A stretch of DNA of 62,438 nt, filler included, from Choristocarpus tenellus KU-1152 (lineage: Eukaryota > Protista > Phaeophyceae), in the NCBI GenBank assembly GCA_964200185.2. It is 13 parts of 13 records of this genome, joined end to end, with 100 filler letters (N's around TTAATTAATTAA, not from the genome) between each part and the next. Parts side by side here need not be neighbours in the genome. Positions count along the whole stretch, not along the records: positions 1 to 5,433 come from CAXNAD020010791.1; positions 5,534 to 8,329 come from CAXNAD020024678.1; positions 8,430 to 12,576 come from CAXNAD020015984.1; positions 12,677 to 17,491 come from CAXNAD020012953.1; 9 more parts are not named here. One strand, given 5' to 3'. The notes under the pieces are model-generated. The model worked only from the letters and a program-made list of their open reading frames with translations. It searched no databases and was not told the origin of the DNA. Each line of letters opens with the position of its first letter. The first letter of the stretch is position 1. A program made the translations under genes and the position numbers. Positions 1 through 13,752 of this stretch are shown piece by piece.

Positions 1-189
1 TGAGACCGAGTTTCAAGGTCTTGGCTCTAATCTCATAATACATCAGTAAATCCAGTACAGCACACCTTTTTCAGACATGACGTATGTTTCCCGAATGACT
101 GAGCAATGTCACAGCAAAGAAATGGATTTGTCAGAATCGGAGGTGTGAGATGCACTTACGTGCAGAACAATAATGCATGATGTATTGAA

Positions 190-830
190 TTTATATTATT
201 ATGCATTTTACATTTTCGAGATGTGCCAAAGGAAAACTAATCAAAACTATTCACATATGATAAAACAATTCTAAGGATGGAACAGTTGCACAAAAATGAA
301 AATGTATTGTGGTTACTACAACTATCTTCAATACTTTACATTAAAAGAATAGAATATATATTATTATTATCCCCTCTGACATAGTATATATGATATTTTA
401 TGGAAACGAATAACAATTTCAGTGGATTATATAGTATAGAATAGTAAATAGAGTACGATACAAGTCTTGTTAAGTAGATTGTTTCATCGTCATCTTTTGT
501 TTTTCTTGCACATGAAAATTTGAACTGAGAAGATAACGTTTGTAAGGAGGTATAAATATTTTTGAAACATACATGATATCAACCTTGTTCAAGACGTCAG
601 ACTGACGTGCGAAACAATAAAAGTGTATTGTAGTATACAAATAGAACAACTACAAGTAGCTTCAATATTTTTGGTCAGAAGAATAGCACATATTTTTTCA
701 TGATAGAGAATAACAATTTATACCATTATTCCATAGTAGAATATATTATAGAATAGTAAGTGAGTTGTAGGTCTTCCAAGTAGATTTTTTTTTGTCTGTA
801 CTTGTACAGGAACATACTCAGAAGATAGCG
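190..830. repeat. AT-rich dispersed repeat, related to ~5100-5245 and (reverse) ~33440-33570, with an internal degenerate duplication (~300-540 vs ~620-830)
   Basis: A shared block of the form ACATTTT.(C/G)AGATGTG(C/T)CA..G.AAAA(A)CT..T.AAAA(C/T)TAT.CACA occurs in three different contigs. Confidence 0.7.
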
Positions 831-1439
831 TTAAGCAAAAAAATACGCCTTTCTTTGGAGTACCTGTCGTTCCTCCTCGTAGTAACGCACCTCACTTTGC
901 TCTGGGCATCTGAGGACCTTCGCACCTCACGTGACTGTTGAAGAGAATAGCACGTGTGTACAACTCTCTGGGATCCACTCCTCTATCTCTAATGGAGACG
1001 TCCCAATGGGTTATGTGGACGCTCGGTCCTCTTTTTCTCCACGCCCCGATTTCGGTCAACCTACTTAGTACGGTCATAGAAACTGTTGCAAACGCCCTCC
1101 CTTCCGCCCTCGTGCCAATTGCCACCATTTATTTCCTCCTAGTGCTCCATCTCGGAGAGATATTGACGTCAGTACTCCAAAAGGTGACCGCAAGCCTTCG
1201 ATCTCCATCCCCACAGCCCGTCCCCCAGCGAGGTTGACGTGTGGATCAGACCATATAGAACACTGCCGACTCATCGTTTGCTTTCATCAGTACGACACGG
1301 ATAAGTCTATGTCGCAACCTCACCCGACCCACCCGCTCCCTTTTGGTTTCGGACCCGTCCCTTCCGTCGGCTTGATCACACTACTTTATACCATCCCACA
1401 TCCCTCTTGTTAATATGCCCAACTACTCCCGACACACAG

Positions 1440-1769
1440 GTCCTCGCGCTGAAGTTTGCTGCCTACCATGAGGTTCCCAATGCCTCCATCGGCCAAGCGC
1501 CGGACGTCAACCGCCAAGATGACCCGAAACGTGCCAAGAGGTTCATCGATGTTTGGCTTTTAAAAGCGTTTCGGAACATGGTTGATGCCATTAACGGTGC
1601 TGCCAATCTGTCGGAGGCACTTCGCGAAACGAGTGCACATGCTGCGAGAATTAATGCTAAGCTCCATGTTCACTCGACGTCCCGCGAGAATAAGGAAGAT
1701 GGAGTCGTGATCGAAGTTCTGACATTCTTGGAGACGGTGAAGAATACCGTCAGACCTCTGATAACGTAA
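1440..1769 (+). CDS. Probable terminal exon of an unknown protein (VLALKFAAYHEVPNASIG...TVKNTVRPLIT*); upstream exon(s) possibly in 938-1232
   Basis: An acceptor CACACAG precedes a 110-codon open frame with protein-like, helical composition. No family recognised. Confidence 0.4.
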   Translation, partial: VLALKFAAYHEVPNASIGQAPDVNRQDDPKRAKRFIDVWLLKAFRNMVDAINGAANLSEALRETSAHAARINAKLHVHSTSRENKEDGVVIEVLTFLETVKNTVRPLIT

Positions 1770-1840
1770 GGGTGTGCACACTTATTTGTCTCTACTAGGG
1801 CCCCTAGGTGTGGCGTAGTGACTCGTTCGTTCGCAATCAA

Positions 1841-2020
1841 GGCTCAAAGTATCTGGGGGCGGGGGGCGGGGGGCGGGGGGGGTCTACATCTGGGTGTCCA
1901 TTCGGGTCCTAACCAGGAAAATTTTCCATCCAACCCATGCAACTAAATCACAAGAAATTTGTGACATGAAAGAATAGGCCGTGAATAAACAGTCGCCCCC
2001 CCCCCCCAGAATATTTGAGT
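1841..2020 (+). mobile_element. MITE family B (terminus GG(G)CTCAAAGTATCTGGGGG); other copies ~5534-5710, ~25850-26018, ~56528-56808
   Basis: Inverted termini CTCAAAGTATCTGGGG / CCCCAGATACTTTGA and a shared internal CCATT(T)GG.CC...CCATC...TGCA.AC..AA.CAC core appear in four contigs. Confidence 0.75.
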
Positions 2021-4384
2021 GGAAGCTGCAGACTAGCATCAACCGTGATGTGCTCGACATCTCCATCCCTCAAGTGACTCTATACTCCTGTGAAACTCCC
2101 CACCCCTCAAACTTCTTTAGGAGGAGGAATGGTCATATCCCTGTTACATTATCCCAACAAGCTATTGTCATTGAAGATGTTCTTCGTAGAGCAGGCAAGG
2201 CCTGCACGAGGCTGACTGGGATAACTGGAAAACAGGTACGGTTTGCACACGTTTTTCGTGCTTCGAAGGTAATTGTAGGTGGCTCCAAAGCACTGTAGCC
2301 CCGTTGAAAAAGTACTTGAGTACTTTCTAGACCTGTTCAGCAGTAGTACATCCCTTGAGCACCAGCGGATTGTGCAATAGTCAATCTATGCCAATGAATA
2401 CTAACTGTGGAGTGCAGGGACGGTATCTGAATATAGCCTACTGCTTTGGGTAAAAGTCCTTAAATGCCTCTTCTCCCTGCTTTGTCCTCGACCCTTTACT
2501 GTACGCGGCTGGTGGTGGATATTCCACCGTGTTGCTTGTCTCCAATCAAGCAGGTGGAGACCACTGCTGACGAATACACTTCCCCCTGCTGGGAAAATAC
2601 AAATATCTCTCGTTGGATGTCTGGGGAGACAAGTCGGACATCAGCCCGTGACTTCACTACCACTCCCAAGGTGTGCGGCCACCAAGTGGCCATTGTTCAC
2701 CGACAGAGTTGGCGGACAGGGCGGAGGGACCCTGTGGGGCCAAGTGGCTCCCACATGCTCGGTGGGGTGCTCGTTACCTGTCCTTACAGGTGCCCATCTG
2801 GGATTGTGCTACCTCGTCAATCAGTGCCTGAGTTTGGTGGACGTGGTAAACACTCTGTGCGCGGGTAGAGGATCCCACTCCTGATGACGAGATGTATTTA
2901 GCACTCTTACCGAGATTGTTGTTGGAGCAAGAGGAGGACATTGGACTATGGTACAATGGCCCCATCCCTCGTGCTCCCTGTGTTTTGTGTTAAAGAATAG
3001 TCAACCCCGTAAAATTAGTTGCCGTAGATGTTGTACAAGTAATACAAAGCATCCTATTAATTAGATGGAAAAGAAGAAGATTGTGGTGATGAGAAGTGAG
3101 AGGGTGCCACACACCGTTGTTGATATACCTTTGATCGAAAGAAGCAATGTACTGAAGTACAGAGATCAAGGGTGATGTGGTAGTTGGGATGGAGGGATCT
3201 TGAAGATTATAATTGGTCGTGGTGTAGTGCAAGGAATAGGTTGGCACAGAGTCATGAAGCACAGGTCTTATTTCCAACGTGGTGGATCTGATGATGTGCT
3301 CTGAGAATAAGCCTGGTTATCTGAACGGAATGAAGCACCAAATGTGATGAATCAGACGGTATGCTCTGAGGAGGGGCTTGTTTCCTTGTGGGTGATAGGC
3401 ACGGATGCATTGACTCGGGAGCATGTAATATTCATGTGTCTGTTGTGGTGTACACTAGAGGTAGAGTGAACTCAAGGTAGCAAGGTGTGCGTCTGCTTTT
3501 TGCACCTCTCGAACACATGACCACCTGCCATATATATATGAAAAGAACAAACAAGCCTCAGACCTCTATACAACAGAAAGAAGTATGTTCAAATCTAGGG
3601 CAACGGCTGTGAGCCAAAGTGGTCGTTGTCGTGTGAAGCGTGTGTGCTAGGTACAGGTACATGTCCACAAACAGGAAGGACAACAAACTTAAAGAGTAAA
3701 CACAAGTAATGAGTTTGTACGTACGCTACAAATCTGAGTAAGTCAGGTAGGTGTTGAAGTGTCTGCATAGCCACCCCGTGATTAGATGTTATCATGATAC
3801 AGGACAGTCACAACCAGGTGGGGATACTGCGCTATAGCCACAACATGTCAAGTAGGGTAGCCTACGTTTCATTAACCATAGGTTGTGGGGAGAGTAGGAT
3901 TGAATGGTGATGGTCGTAAAATTCGGCAAGCATGAACGCCCTGGAAGGTGGGTAGGGAGAAGTTCCCAGGAATCAATGTGTAGTGCGGCCTCCCATGACT
4001 TCAGATGATGTCGAGTGGCTAACAAGGAGAGGGGGTGCGTACCAAATAAGGTCGTACAATGCACGCTTCTACTCAAATTGTACCTGTGCCGTGTGCAAGA
4101 AAAGGTTGGTGATTTTGGACATCACAGCCATAGGCAAGCAGGCTACTTCATCTTATATACCCCTGCAACTGCCTTCTAGTACTTGTACATGTGCTTCTAG
4201 TAGTACTCTGAAAGGTGATTTCACGCTTACAATATTGTAAGATATGAACATACATTCGTTTGTTGTGTTGGTCTGCTCTTCTGTGCGGCAACCACAAATA
4301 TAAGGGGGGCTAGATGCATTTTTGTACTTAAACCTAGGGTACCACGCCTTCATATGAAGTCCTGAATACTCAAAGGGCCAGTAT

Positions 4385-4640
4385 GACCCAAAGCATTCAA
4401 GAGGGTAGGAGTTTGTCCTGTTTGTCCGTTCGGGGCTTGGCTTCCCGTAGATATTTTATAATATTTACCGACTCAAAAATGTATTGGAGTAGGTAAAATG
4501 TGTAGGACTATGAAAGGTGTGTCCGCAACAAGGATATTGACACTTCCTAACAAACACGATAGTCAAAATTACATCAAAATCGCAGCATTGGATTTTGGAC
4601 CCCAAACGGGGTGGCCTTACCCTCCAAGACTCTTTGACTC
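4385..4640 (-). mobile_element. MITE family A copy (old, degenerate)
   Basis: Colinear reverse-complement match to 44788-45045, with degenerate TIRs. Confidence 0.85.
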
Positions 4641-5249
4641 ATATATTGCCTCCTAAGAAGATAGTAGGGTGGTTCTATTCTCATTGATTAATCTCTTCCT
4701 GTCGGTTAATTTCTTTGTTGTGTCCCTTTTTCCTTTTGTTGTGTGGTATATGATGACTATGAGAGCATTTGTAACATTTGTGCTCTCATCAACACAGGTC
4801 TACAGGCACTTGTGGACAGCTAGTAGTGTTTGGCGAATTGAATAGAGTTGATGTGATGGTGGTCGTTCCCCTTTCTCCCATAGGATATGGAAATTTTGAC
4901 AATGCTAATGACATCCTGTTCCAGGTATTGGGTGTGCTACTAATAGTAGTGCACAGTGCCTGCCTGCTGGATTTTCTTCTTAACAGGAACGCCCAGTTCC
5001 TTCTCTTTCTCTTTCTTCTATACTCAAAGTACGTGATACGTTAACAGTGTATGAAATTGTTTAATGCTTATAATACCACTATCTTCTCTCGTATTTTGTA
5101 TTTATTTAATATGCCCTCCGACATTTTGCAGATGTGTCAAAGGAAAAACTTGTGAAAATTATCAACACATCTGAAAAAATCCCTACTAAAGAAGTAACAG
5201 TTGTTGCAAAGTGAAAAATGTGAATCGATTTCCTATTTTACTACCACAT

Positions 5250-5433
5250 ATCTATGCCGTACTACTGCCTTCCTGTGTCCTAAGCCTATTCCTGCACCCC
5301 AAGGTGAGGAGCTAGGTAAGCATCCCACGAATCCAATTAAACCCCTCCTTGCCCATCTCCCTGGTGACTCCAGGTTAAAACGCATGCCCCGTCTAGATAG
5401 GGCTACTTGCGTTGTGGCTGAGACTATCTGGCG
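5250..5433 (-). mobile_element. 3' end fragment of an RLE-clade non-LTR retrotransposon (same family as 36700-37100)
   Basis: The minus strand encodes QIVSATTQVALSRRGMRFNL, matching QIVLVTTQVALSRRVMRFKL at ~36820-36875. Truncated by the spacer. Confidence 0.75.
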
Positions 5434-6490
5434 NNNNNNNNNNNNNNNNNNNNNNNNNNNNNNNNNNNNNNNNNNNNTTAATTAATTAANNNNNNNNNNN
5501 NNNNNNNNNNNNNNNNNNNNNNNNNNNNNNNNNGAGGGTTCGGGGGGGGGGGGGGGGGGTGGCTAATCCAGGGTGACCATTTGGACCAAAATCAGGAAAA
5601 GAGAATTTAGATCATCCATCTGACGTATGCAACAAAGCACCCAAAAACCGCGACAATTTTTTTTTGACCCCAAATGGACAGCTGCTACCCCCCCCCAGAT
5701 ACTTCGAGCCACTTCGAGTTGCATGCATTTTCTATCACAGCAGTTAGTAGTTCATATGATCCCACCTGGAGGCTTTGTGGATTAAGGCATTTCAGCGATT
5801 GGTTTATTAATTTGGTGTGTAAAATCTGACTGGCAATAGATGCTCTACAAGGCAAATGAGATCGTCTTTCTGGGGGAGCAAATTTTCCTGGGATTTCCGA
5901 GTCTTGCCGTTCAATACCTGCCTCATCACAACTCCTAACACCAAAATTGCAAATCGATTTAAGGAAATGATGGTTATAGTGAATGTATCCCTCTAAGCTG
6001 GGGATATTTGTACCTTTCATCAGACTGGAACTTTCCTCCCATCTGTATTGTCTTCTCCACTATATACTACCAAAAAATACAGAAAGTGTGCACACCATTA
6101 CTATTTTCCTTTCTTGATGTTATTCCAATAATTTTCTAATTTTTATCATCGAATATCTGAAACCCCTCATCATATTAGAATAAGGGATAGACTATGGTGT
6201 GCTTGCATGGATCATGTATTTCTTTCAAATGAACGAAGCAACTAGAATAATACTGTTACTATCATAATGTAATTTCATTCATACTTCATTTGGCAATTTC
6301 AAGACATACAACTGTGTTGTATGGATGTTGGTGTTCTTTCGGATGATGGAAGGGACTAAAATAATAATGTTACTATCAAAATGTAATTTCATTCATCCTT
6401 TGTTTGACCATTTTCAACACATACAAGTGTGTGTTTGTATGGACTGTGGTGTTCTTTCGAACGATCGAAGAGACTCAAACAATATACTTA

Positions 6491-8329
6491 GGCCATCTCC
6501 TATACACATGTTTTCAGCCCCGTTCCGTTTTACTTTTTCCCTATTTTGGGCATTTTGAAACGGAAAATCGTGACAAATGACAATTATACGGCAATTTTGA
6601 GGCATTTCTGAACAAGGCAAAACTGAACGGACGGTGGATGAGACCGTTCTTGACCCATTTTCAAGGCAAATCTGAACGGAATTCTTGGTGTTTCGAGTTG
6701 CCCTCTGTTGTTGTTCGTAGCAGTGTACTTGGGGCTACAGAGTTATTACCTATACCACATCTGGATGAAGATGGACAAAATGGATGAAGAGAGTGAGAGA
6801 GACCGAATGTCATCATCCTCTGCTTCATCATCCTCGAGTTCATCATCTTCCAGGTCATCGTCTTCTAGTTCGTCTTTCGATGAATCTACCTTTATGTTGG
6901 AGGCGTCATCTAGGATACATGCAACTGGGATATCGCTCATCTCCGCTTTGATGGACAAGGAGGATGAAGAGGAAGAACATCCATTATTTCGCAGGTTTCG
7001 CATCCCCCAAGACCGGCCCGTTTACATGGCGACCTCGTGGGGGGTTATGCTGGAGAGAGAGGAAGATCTGAGAGACGTCACTTCGCGGGAGGCGCTCAAG
7101 TTCAGGAGGCAGCTCCAAGTCCCATTTGTTTTCTTTGAAGATTTAGAAAAGGAAGTACAAAGGCAGGGTGGCTTCATTGTCGAACCGCAGATGCCACTGG
7201 ATGCCCTGGCATACCCGTGAAGCTGAAGGTGAGCATACCCGCCAGTAGAGTTTGTGTGTCGAAGGGCTACCTCGATAGGGATCGTAGATTCAACCGTCCT
7301 TTGGTCTGACAGTACTGGATGTGACTTGCCGCCTGCAGGTGCTATCGGTCCTTCAAATCCTCGCCAGGGGCAACTGATTTGATGATATCGAGCAAATTTC
7401 CGGTGCATCTGAGAGCACAGCACAAACATGTTTCACCACTTCTGTGAGTGTTTTGTGCGTGATATGTACTCGAGTTGGATTTATCTGCCAGTGGGCAAAT
7501 ATTTGGGGGAGGTCATGCTCACGTATGGAGCCGTGGGGTTTCCTGGTGCTGTGGGTTCCACTGATGTGACACATGTGCTGTGGGAGAGGGCGCCCATTAG
7601 TGATGCCCTGTATTACATCGGTAAGGAGGGTTACGCAACAGTTGTGTATGAAGTGACCGCTGACCATACTGGATTTGCATGGGGAGTTGCGGCTGGGTTT
7701 CCCGGAGCCAAAAACGACAAGACAATCATTCGATATGACGGTGCTATCCAGGTACTTAGGAATGACCCGACATACAGACAACTGGAGTACAACGTCAAGG
7801 ACTCCGTTGGGAATTGTTACACCGAGAAAGGGGCCTATGTCCTTGTCGATGGGGGCTACCACAAGTTGACGGGAAAAACGTGACTGTACGGTCATGCCTA
7901 TGTTAGGGTTAGCTCCTGTGAAAATGAGTGCTCATCAAGGAGGCAAGTCAACATTCCTCTGCCCAACCCGATCTTTGCATTTGTAGTGTAGGTGCACAAT
8001 ATGCCCCCTGAGGGCGTCTGTCACACAGACACTGGCAAGGTGGAGCGGACGAGTGGAGAGTGTATGCAAGGATGTCGAGTGTTTTTTTGGCAGAGTCAAG
8101 GACCGCTTCAGAATCCTCAAGCTGCCACTACTATATTCGGAAAGGAAGAAGATGGATAACATTTTCTTCACTTGCTGCATATTGCAAAATATGCTTCATT
8201 CATATGACGGCCTTGGAGAGTTGGAGGGCAACACTGATTGGACAGGGGATGCTGGTCTGCATGATGCCTTCTACAGTGACCCTTACACTGATTTCACATG
8301 GATGGGCATGCCAAGGTACCAGGGGGCAG
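6491..8329 (+). mobile_element. PIF/Harbinger-like DNA transposon, left part (TIR plus transposase pseudogene), cut by the contig end
   Basis: TTA is followed by the terminus GGCCATCTCCTATACACATGTT (6491-6512), subterminal CTGAACGG motifs and a Harbinger-type DDE transposase. Confidence 0.85.
6765..8329 (+). pseudogene. Harbinger/PIF DDE transposase (DDE_Tnp_4/Plant_tran-like) pseudogene with two introns (7229-7338 GT-AG; ~7866-7986 with a damaged donor)
   Basis: Motifs: KFRRQLQVPF; DATGCPGIPVKLK|VLSVLQILARGN*FDD; GFPGAVGSTDVTH; PGAKNDKTI; LVDGGYHK; ESVCKDVECFFGRVKDRFRIL. Frameshifts and an in-frame stop are present. Confidence 0.9.
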
Positions 8330-8910
8330 NNNNNNNNNNNNNNNNNNNNNNNNNNNNNNNNNNNNNNNNNNNNTTAATTAATTAANNNNNNNNNNNNNNN
8401 NNNNNNNNNNNNNNNNNNNNNNNNNNNNNCCCCTACCCAATTTCCCTTGCTCTTTGTCCTCGCGGCTGCCGGTGGGTGGTACCTTGACTTGGCTATGCTG
8501 CAGTTGAGAAATTTCCTGATGGAACCTGAGTATCCATCGATGATAACGCCTGTGCTTCGTGCGGTGATGAGAGAGGGAGGTATGGAAGGGGGAGGTTTGG
8601 CGAAGGACAAGGACGGGATATTTTCGGCGGTGATGGAGGCCGCCTGCTCTTGCATGACGAGGTTGGAGGTAAATTGAGTAAAGAGAGTGGTTCCTTACAA
8701 AAAAAAATAGAAATAATTGTATTGTGTTTGTGGAGGGATGGATGCTGTGTACTGTGTGTGTGTAGAGGAGTGAAGAGGAAGGTTTTTGATCGCCGCTTGG
8801 ATGTTGAACAGGAGGAGGAGAGAGTGCTCAGCGCTGCTCTTTTTCCACTGCAGCAAAGTAGGGCTCATGGTATACATAGACTAACTGCAGGGGTTATGTG
8901 GAGTATATAT

Positions 8911-8946
<36 letters not shown>

Positions 8947-9192
8947 TGTACACGTTTGTTCCTACAAATTGCATGTTTTATTTTTTCTCCAATGATGTTT
9001 CGACAGTGTACATGCAACCCTTACATCTCTAGAACTCCCTTGTGTACAAGTTGTAGTATAGGACATACATTCATTAAGCCTACCGTCCTTGTTTGGGAGT
9101 TCTTGATGCACCCTGGAGAGAGTAGTTGGAATGAAAACGTTTAGGTTTATCAAGTGTGTTCCCAATCAGCAGTAGAAGACTACGACACAAAT

Positions 9193-9584
9193 TATACATG
9201 CATACATACATACATACATACATACATACATACATACATACATACATACATACATACATACATCCGCTATGAAAGGCTATGAAAGGCTATGAGAATGTAC
9301 TACCTCATACCACCATCCCAGTATATCGCACTACACCTCCACCCAATACACACTGTTACATACCAGACTGAATCCCTTCCCCCTATTTCATCCTGTACTG
9401 TGTTACCTGTCCCTCCCGATTCCTAAGGTGACTGACTTGGTGACTAAGCCGGATACAAAGTATAGAACCCCCTTCCTCCTGGCCGCGGCCTCTGGATTGT
9501 TGAAGGCCTTACCAGAGTCTGTTGTTCTGGTGAGGGGGGGGTAGGGGGGGGGGGATCTTGGAGGGATTATAGAAGTGGGAGGTG

Positions 9585-9666
<82 letters not shown>
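9193..9666. repeat. Microsatellite cluster (CATA)n, (GT)n, (GA)n; contig 8430-12576 also carries (TGTTGG)n, (GTCT)n and poly-G
   Basis: Simple repeats visible directly in the sequence. Confidence 0.95.
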
Positions 9667-9668
<2 letters not shown>

Positions 9669-11490
9669 TATCGCCATCAATAGACCGTGGAAACCCACGC
9701 CCTGGAAATAGAGTTTATATTTTGTGATGAGAAGGATGGGATGCGTGTGTTTGTTTTTTTGTTTTTTAATTTATTTATCTATTTATTTATTAATTTGTTT
9801 GTTTGTTTGTTTGTAAGGTCTTTCTTGCAGCAGTACATGCTGATCTCGTGGTATATGTTGTAGGAGTGGGGTTTTGTATATTTTTGTACTGGGCGCGTGC
9901 ACTGCTTTTGTGGTGGTTCCTGGGGACATTGAAATGTCATCTTCAAATGCGATATCTTCAACAGGTGTATATTGCAGACTAGAGCGATATAATACCTGTT
10001 TTGTGTTCATATTTTTCCCTTTCCTTCTGTACTCACAGTCTCTTCAAATACCTCCCATGCGCTCCCCCCCCCCCCCCACATACTCCCCATATCCCTAACA
10101 CCATTTGACCCTACATTGTTCAACTCCTCACTCCCCTTTCCTGTGGACCCGCAGGATGTATTGGATAAGGCCTATTCATGGAAGGAAGGGAGCAGGGATC
10201 GTTGCATGGTGGAAGATGCAGCTAAGCTGAGGTTAGTTGACAGGTCTAGATTGTGTGGAATGCAACCAACTCCCCGTTCAAATTGAGATCAGTGGGATTT
10301 TGCCGGGGGTCCAGTGCAAGGCATGAGATTGATGCAGTCATACGGCCAGAGTCGAAGTATGATTGTCGGCATTGTGTTCAGTTTGGGGTTGGTTGTGGGG
10401 TGACAGTGGTGCAAGGTGACGGTGCCCTCGATGGACCGCCTCCTGAGGTATCCGTGACTGCGTCTGTCTGCCTTCATGCTGTCTGTGTGTCTTCACGCCG
10501 TGTAAATGGGCTCTCTCCCTTTGCACGTGGTCTGTGAGGGATCGTCGCACGATTGACGTGTGCGCTTTGTTGTGATTCGTAAAGGAGTACCCAATAATGT
10601 AACGTTGTCTGTGTCGGCGGAACGGTATGACCGTTTGCCTGGAAAGGAGCGTCGGTATGTGGTGTTGGTTGTATACCGTTTGCGGTATGTATATGTATAT
10701 ACATGTTGGTGTTGGTGTTGGTGTTGGTGTTGGTGTTGGTGATATACGTTGCGACGCCATGCAGATATGCACTGATACCCCCCAATGCCTGGTTTGGAGG
10801 AATCTGTGATTTTTTTTCCTCAAGAAAATGGTTTTTGGGGCTCTCTTTTCTTTTTTTTTTTTTCTTTTTTTTCGTATTTGGTAGGGCGGTTTAGTGTTGG
10901 ATACGGAAGGATAAGCCAAGGCGTTGGTTGTTTTGTAGTAATCGCAAAGGGTGAGGAATGAGATATGAAGAGTAACCCTTCACTGTGAGGCTTGTGGTCG
11001 CGGAGTAACTCTGCCGGACAACACTACCAACTCACTCCTCCACCCCCTACCCCCAACCTTCCGAAAGAGTCCTGCAAAGGACTCGTAACCTCCTTGGGGG
11101 AGTTACCCTCAGCCTTTTTTGATAATCTGAACAAAACCTTGAGCTCTGCCTTGAGCTCTGTTTTTCCTGCGACCCAGTCTCCATGTGCCCCTCGCCCCTC
11201 TCCCTTCGGGGGAAGGTCTAGGTCTTCACACTGTGTATTTTGAGGTTACCCTTTCTTGTGTCCCCTCTGCCTTGATTGCTTCTTTTTGTGGTTGGTAGGG
11301 ATCCTTCCCCGCTGGGCAGTGACACTAATGCGCTCAGTCTGTTGCTATCGTACGGGTGCCAGCTTCGTGATGAGGTGTTCGACGGGCTATTGGAAGAGTT
11401 TTCGGATAGCTCAGAGACTATTGCAAAGATCGAGGAGTGCTTTGTCAAGGCCATGACAATTTCCAGGTGACTAGATGCATCCCGTTTGAC

Positions 11491-11531
<41 letters not shown>

Positions 11532-11655
11532 TGACTATCTTTAGGGGGTAATAGATATTGAGGAGGAGGAGGAGGAGGGGGGGGGGGGGGGGGGGGGGGT
11601 ATGGGGGTTGGGTGTTGTTTGCAGCTGGTGTGTTTGGTGTTTTAGNNNNNNNNNN

Positions 11656-11690
<35 letters not shown>

Positions 11691-12676
11691 GGGATGGTGG
11701 GGGGTCAGGAGGATGGGTGTTGCTTGCAGCAGGTGTGTTTATTTATTGAGGTTTAAACTACACATTTGGGGAGGTTGTTACAGGTACTTTTGTTGATGTT
11801 TAGGTCCCTCTTGAGGCCTTGGTAGGCGTTGACTGAAGATACGCATCTTGAGCAAGCAGGTGGCTAGAGTTAGGGATAGAGATACGGGACGGAGGAGTGA
11901 GAACATGAAGATCAAGAGGCAAAAGCCAAGGGCTGTGAGCTCCTGTAAGAATGCCGTAATAGTGTGATACGTTGCTGCTGGCTGTAGTAGGTATCAAGCA
12001 ACAGTGTGATACCATCAATACTAAGAACGACCCCATTGTGTGTGTGTGTGTGTGTGTTTGGAGTTGATGGAGTTGATGGGGTTGAGCTCTGTGGGTGGAT
12101 GACGATGAAGTTGTGACCGCCATGGATTGACCTCTCATTGTGCTGCTTCCTTGGAAAAAGAATACGCGAGGCCTTGAAGCAATACTTGCACCTCGTCTTC
12201 TAGACTACCTGAAACTCCTTGGCAATTTTCTCGAGGGCAGTAGTAGTACTCTCCTTTTTTTTTATAGTGCCCCCCCCCCCCGTTGGTTGCTTCCGAGAAC
12301 GGATGTCTCTTGGGATTTTTGTTATTCTGCTCTGACCGTGTCGCTCCCACCTGAGTAGGAAAGGGCGGCGGTGGTGTTAGTTAGGGCCGTCTCTGCCTGA
12401 TGATCTTGATTTTTAAAGACCCTCTCATTGTTGCATCTCACCTTGCTTGGACCAGCAGGTGTGTTTAAGTGCATTGATAGGCGTTGCAATTTTGCCACGC
12501 TGATGCTTTCCTCTTGAGGCCTCGCCCAGCCCCCCACCCTCCCCCCTCCGCCCCGCCCCCCACTGCGCCGCCCGCCNNNNNNNNNNNNNNNNNNNNNNNN
12601 NNNNNNNNNNNNNNNNNNNNTTAATTAATTAANNNNNNNNNNNNNNNNNNNNNNNNNNNNNNNNNNNNNNNNNNNN

Positions 12677-12965
12677 GTCCATGCCTACTAGGTGTTGAAC
12701 CGGTCCATGCCTACTAGGTGTTGAACTGGTCCATGCCTACTAGTTGTTGAACCGGTCCATGCCTACTAGGTGTTGAACTGGTCCATGTCCACCGGTCGGA
12801 CCGGGTCAAGCACTCTCTAACATGTCCGAACCATGTCCACTGGGTAATTGTACTGGTCCATATCCGCTGGCCGGCTGGTCCAACGTATTTCTTGCGTGTC
12901 CAGACCATGGCTGCCAGCCAGTCTAACCTTTTTTAAGGCATGTCCAGATGATGTCAACTACATAT
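12677..12965. repeat. 26-bp tandem repeat (GTCCATGCCTACTAGGTGTTGAACCG, ~4 copies) leading into a dispersed repeat also found at ~47455-47670
   Basis: Period 26 (12677, 12703...). The downstream TGTACTGGTCCATATCC...CATGTCCAGA..ATGTC.ACTAC block is shared with 47455-47670. Confidence 0.85.
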
Positions 12966-13752
12966 TATGCTAGTCCAACAGTGAATAGTGCATACATGTA
13001 CATGTTGAAGGTTAAGTTATACTCCAGTCTGTGTGCGTGTAATAGATAGTACTTTTTGAAATAATCTCTGGACTTTCTTGGTTTGAAATCATGAAGATTA
13101 TGATACAAAGAGGCATATAGGCATGGGGTTTTTTTCATTTTCACATTCACTATTTATGTAACATTTACTCATTTGGCCCTTGATGAATGAGTTTCAAATT
13201 ACATCTTCAAGTCACAAATCAACTCTGCCAACCCGCACACCATTCATACAACAATGTATTCGTAATCAACTTCGAATTTTTGTTAGTCTCTAAAATAAAA
13301 TAGAAAACATTGTATACTCAATATCAATATATATATATATATATACTTAGAGAATATTATATCAAAGGGTAGTAGGATAGGATACAAGGTACAAGTAGAG
13401 TGAATAACAAGAAGGGAGGCATGATGGCCATGAGATGTCCAGATTGTCAATCAAATATTACCTGGCCGGCTGTAGATAAATTGTTCTATCATGACCGAGT
13501 CCATGGCTATTGACCATTTTAACCTGAATGGGGCCTCTGCCCGGCCATGTACAACTGAGTCCGAACATGACTGAGTCTATGGCCATAGATTGTTTCAACT
13601 TGGCCGGGCCATGGCCACACGGCCAACAGTGGACACGACTCTGATTTTTTTCAGCTGATTGAGATATCATTGAAGTACCGCTGTTCTGCCCCCCGTTTCA
13701 TTCTATACTTATTCTCCATCTGCAGGGAGTTGGGAAACCGCTTCAGCCAGGA

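Noticed and set aside
10338-11796. ORFs rich in PT, VC, LV or poly-G (also 16179-16692, 23377-23669)
   Set aside because: They are microsatellite or homopolymer read-throughs, and poly-G next to N runs may be sequencing artefact.
12677-12787. 26-bp repeats as CRISPR repeats
   Set aside because: They are head-to-tail with no spacers.
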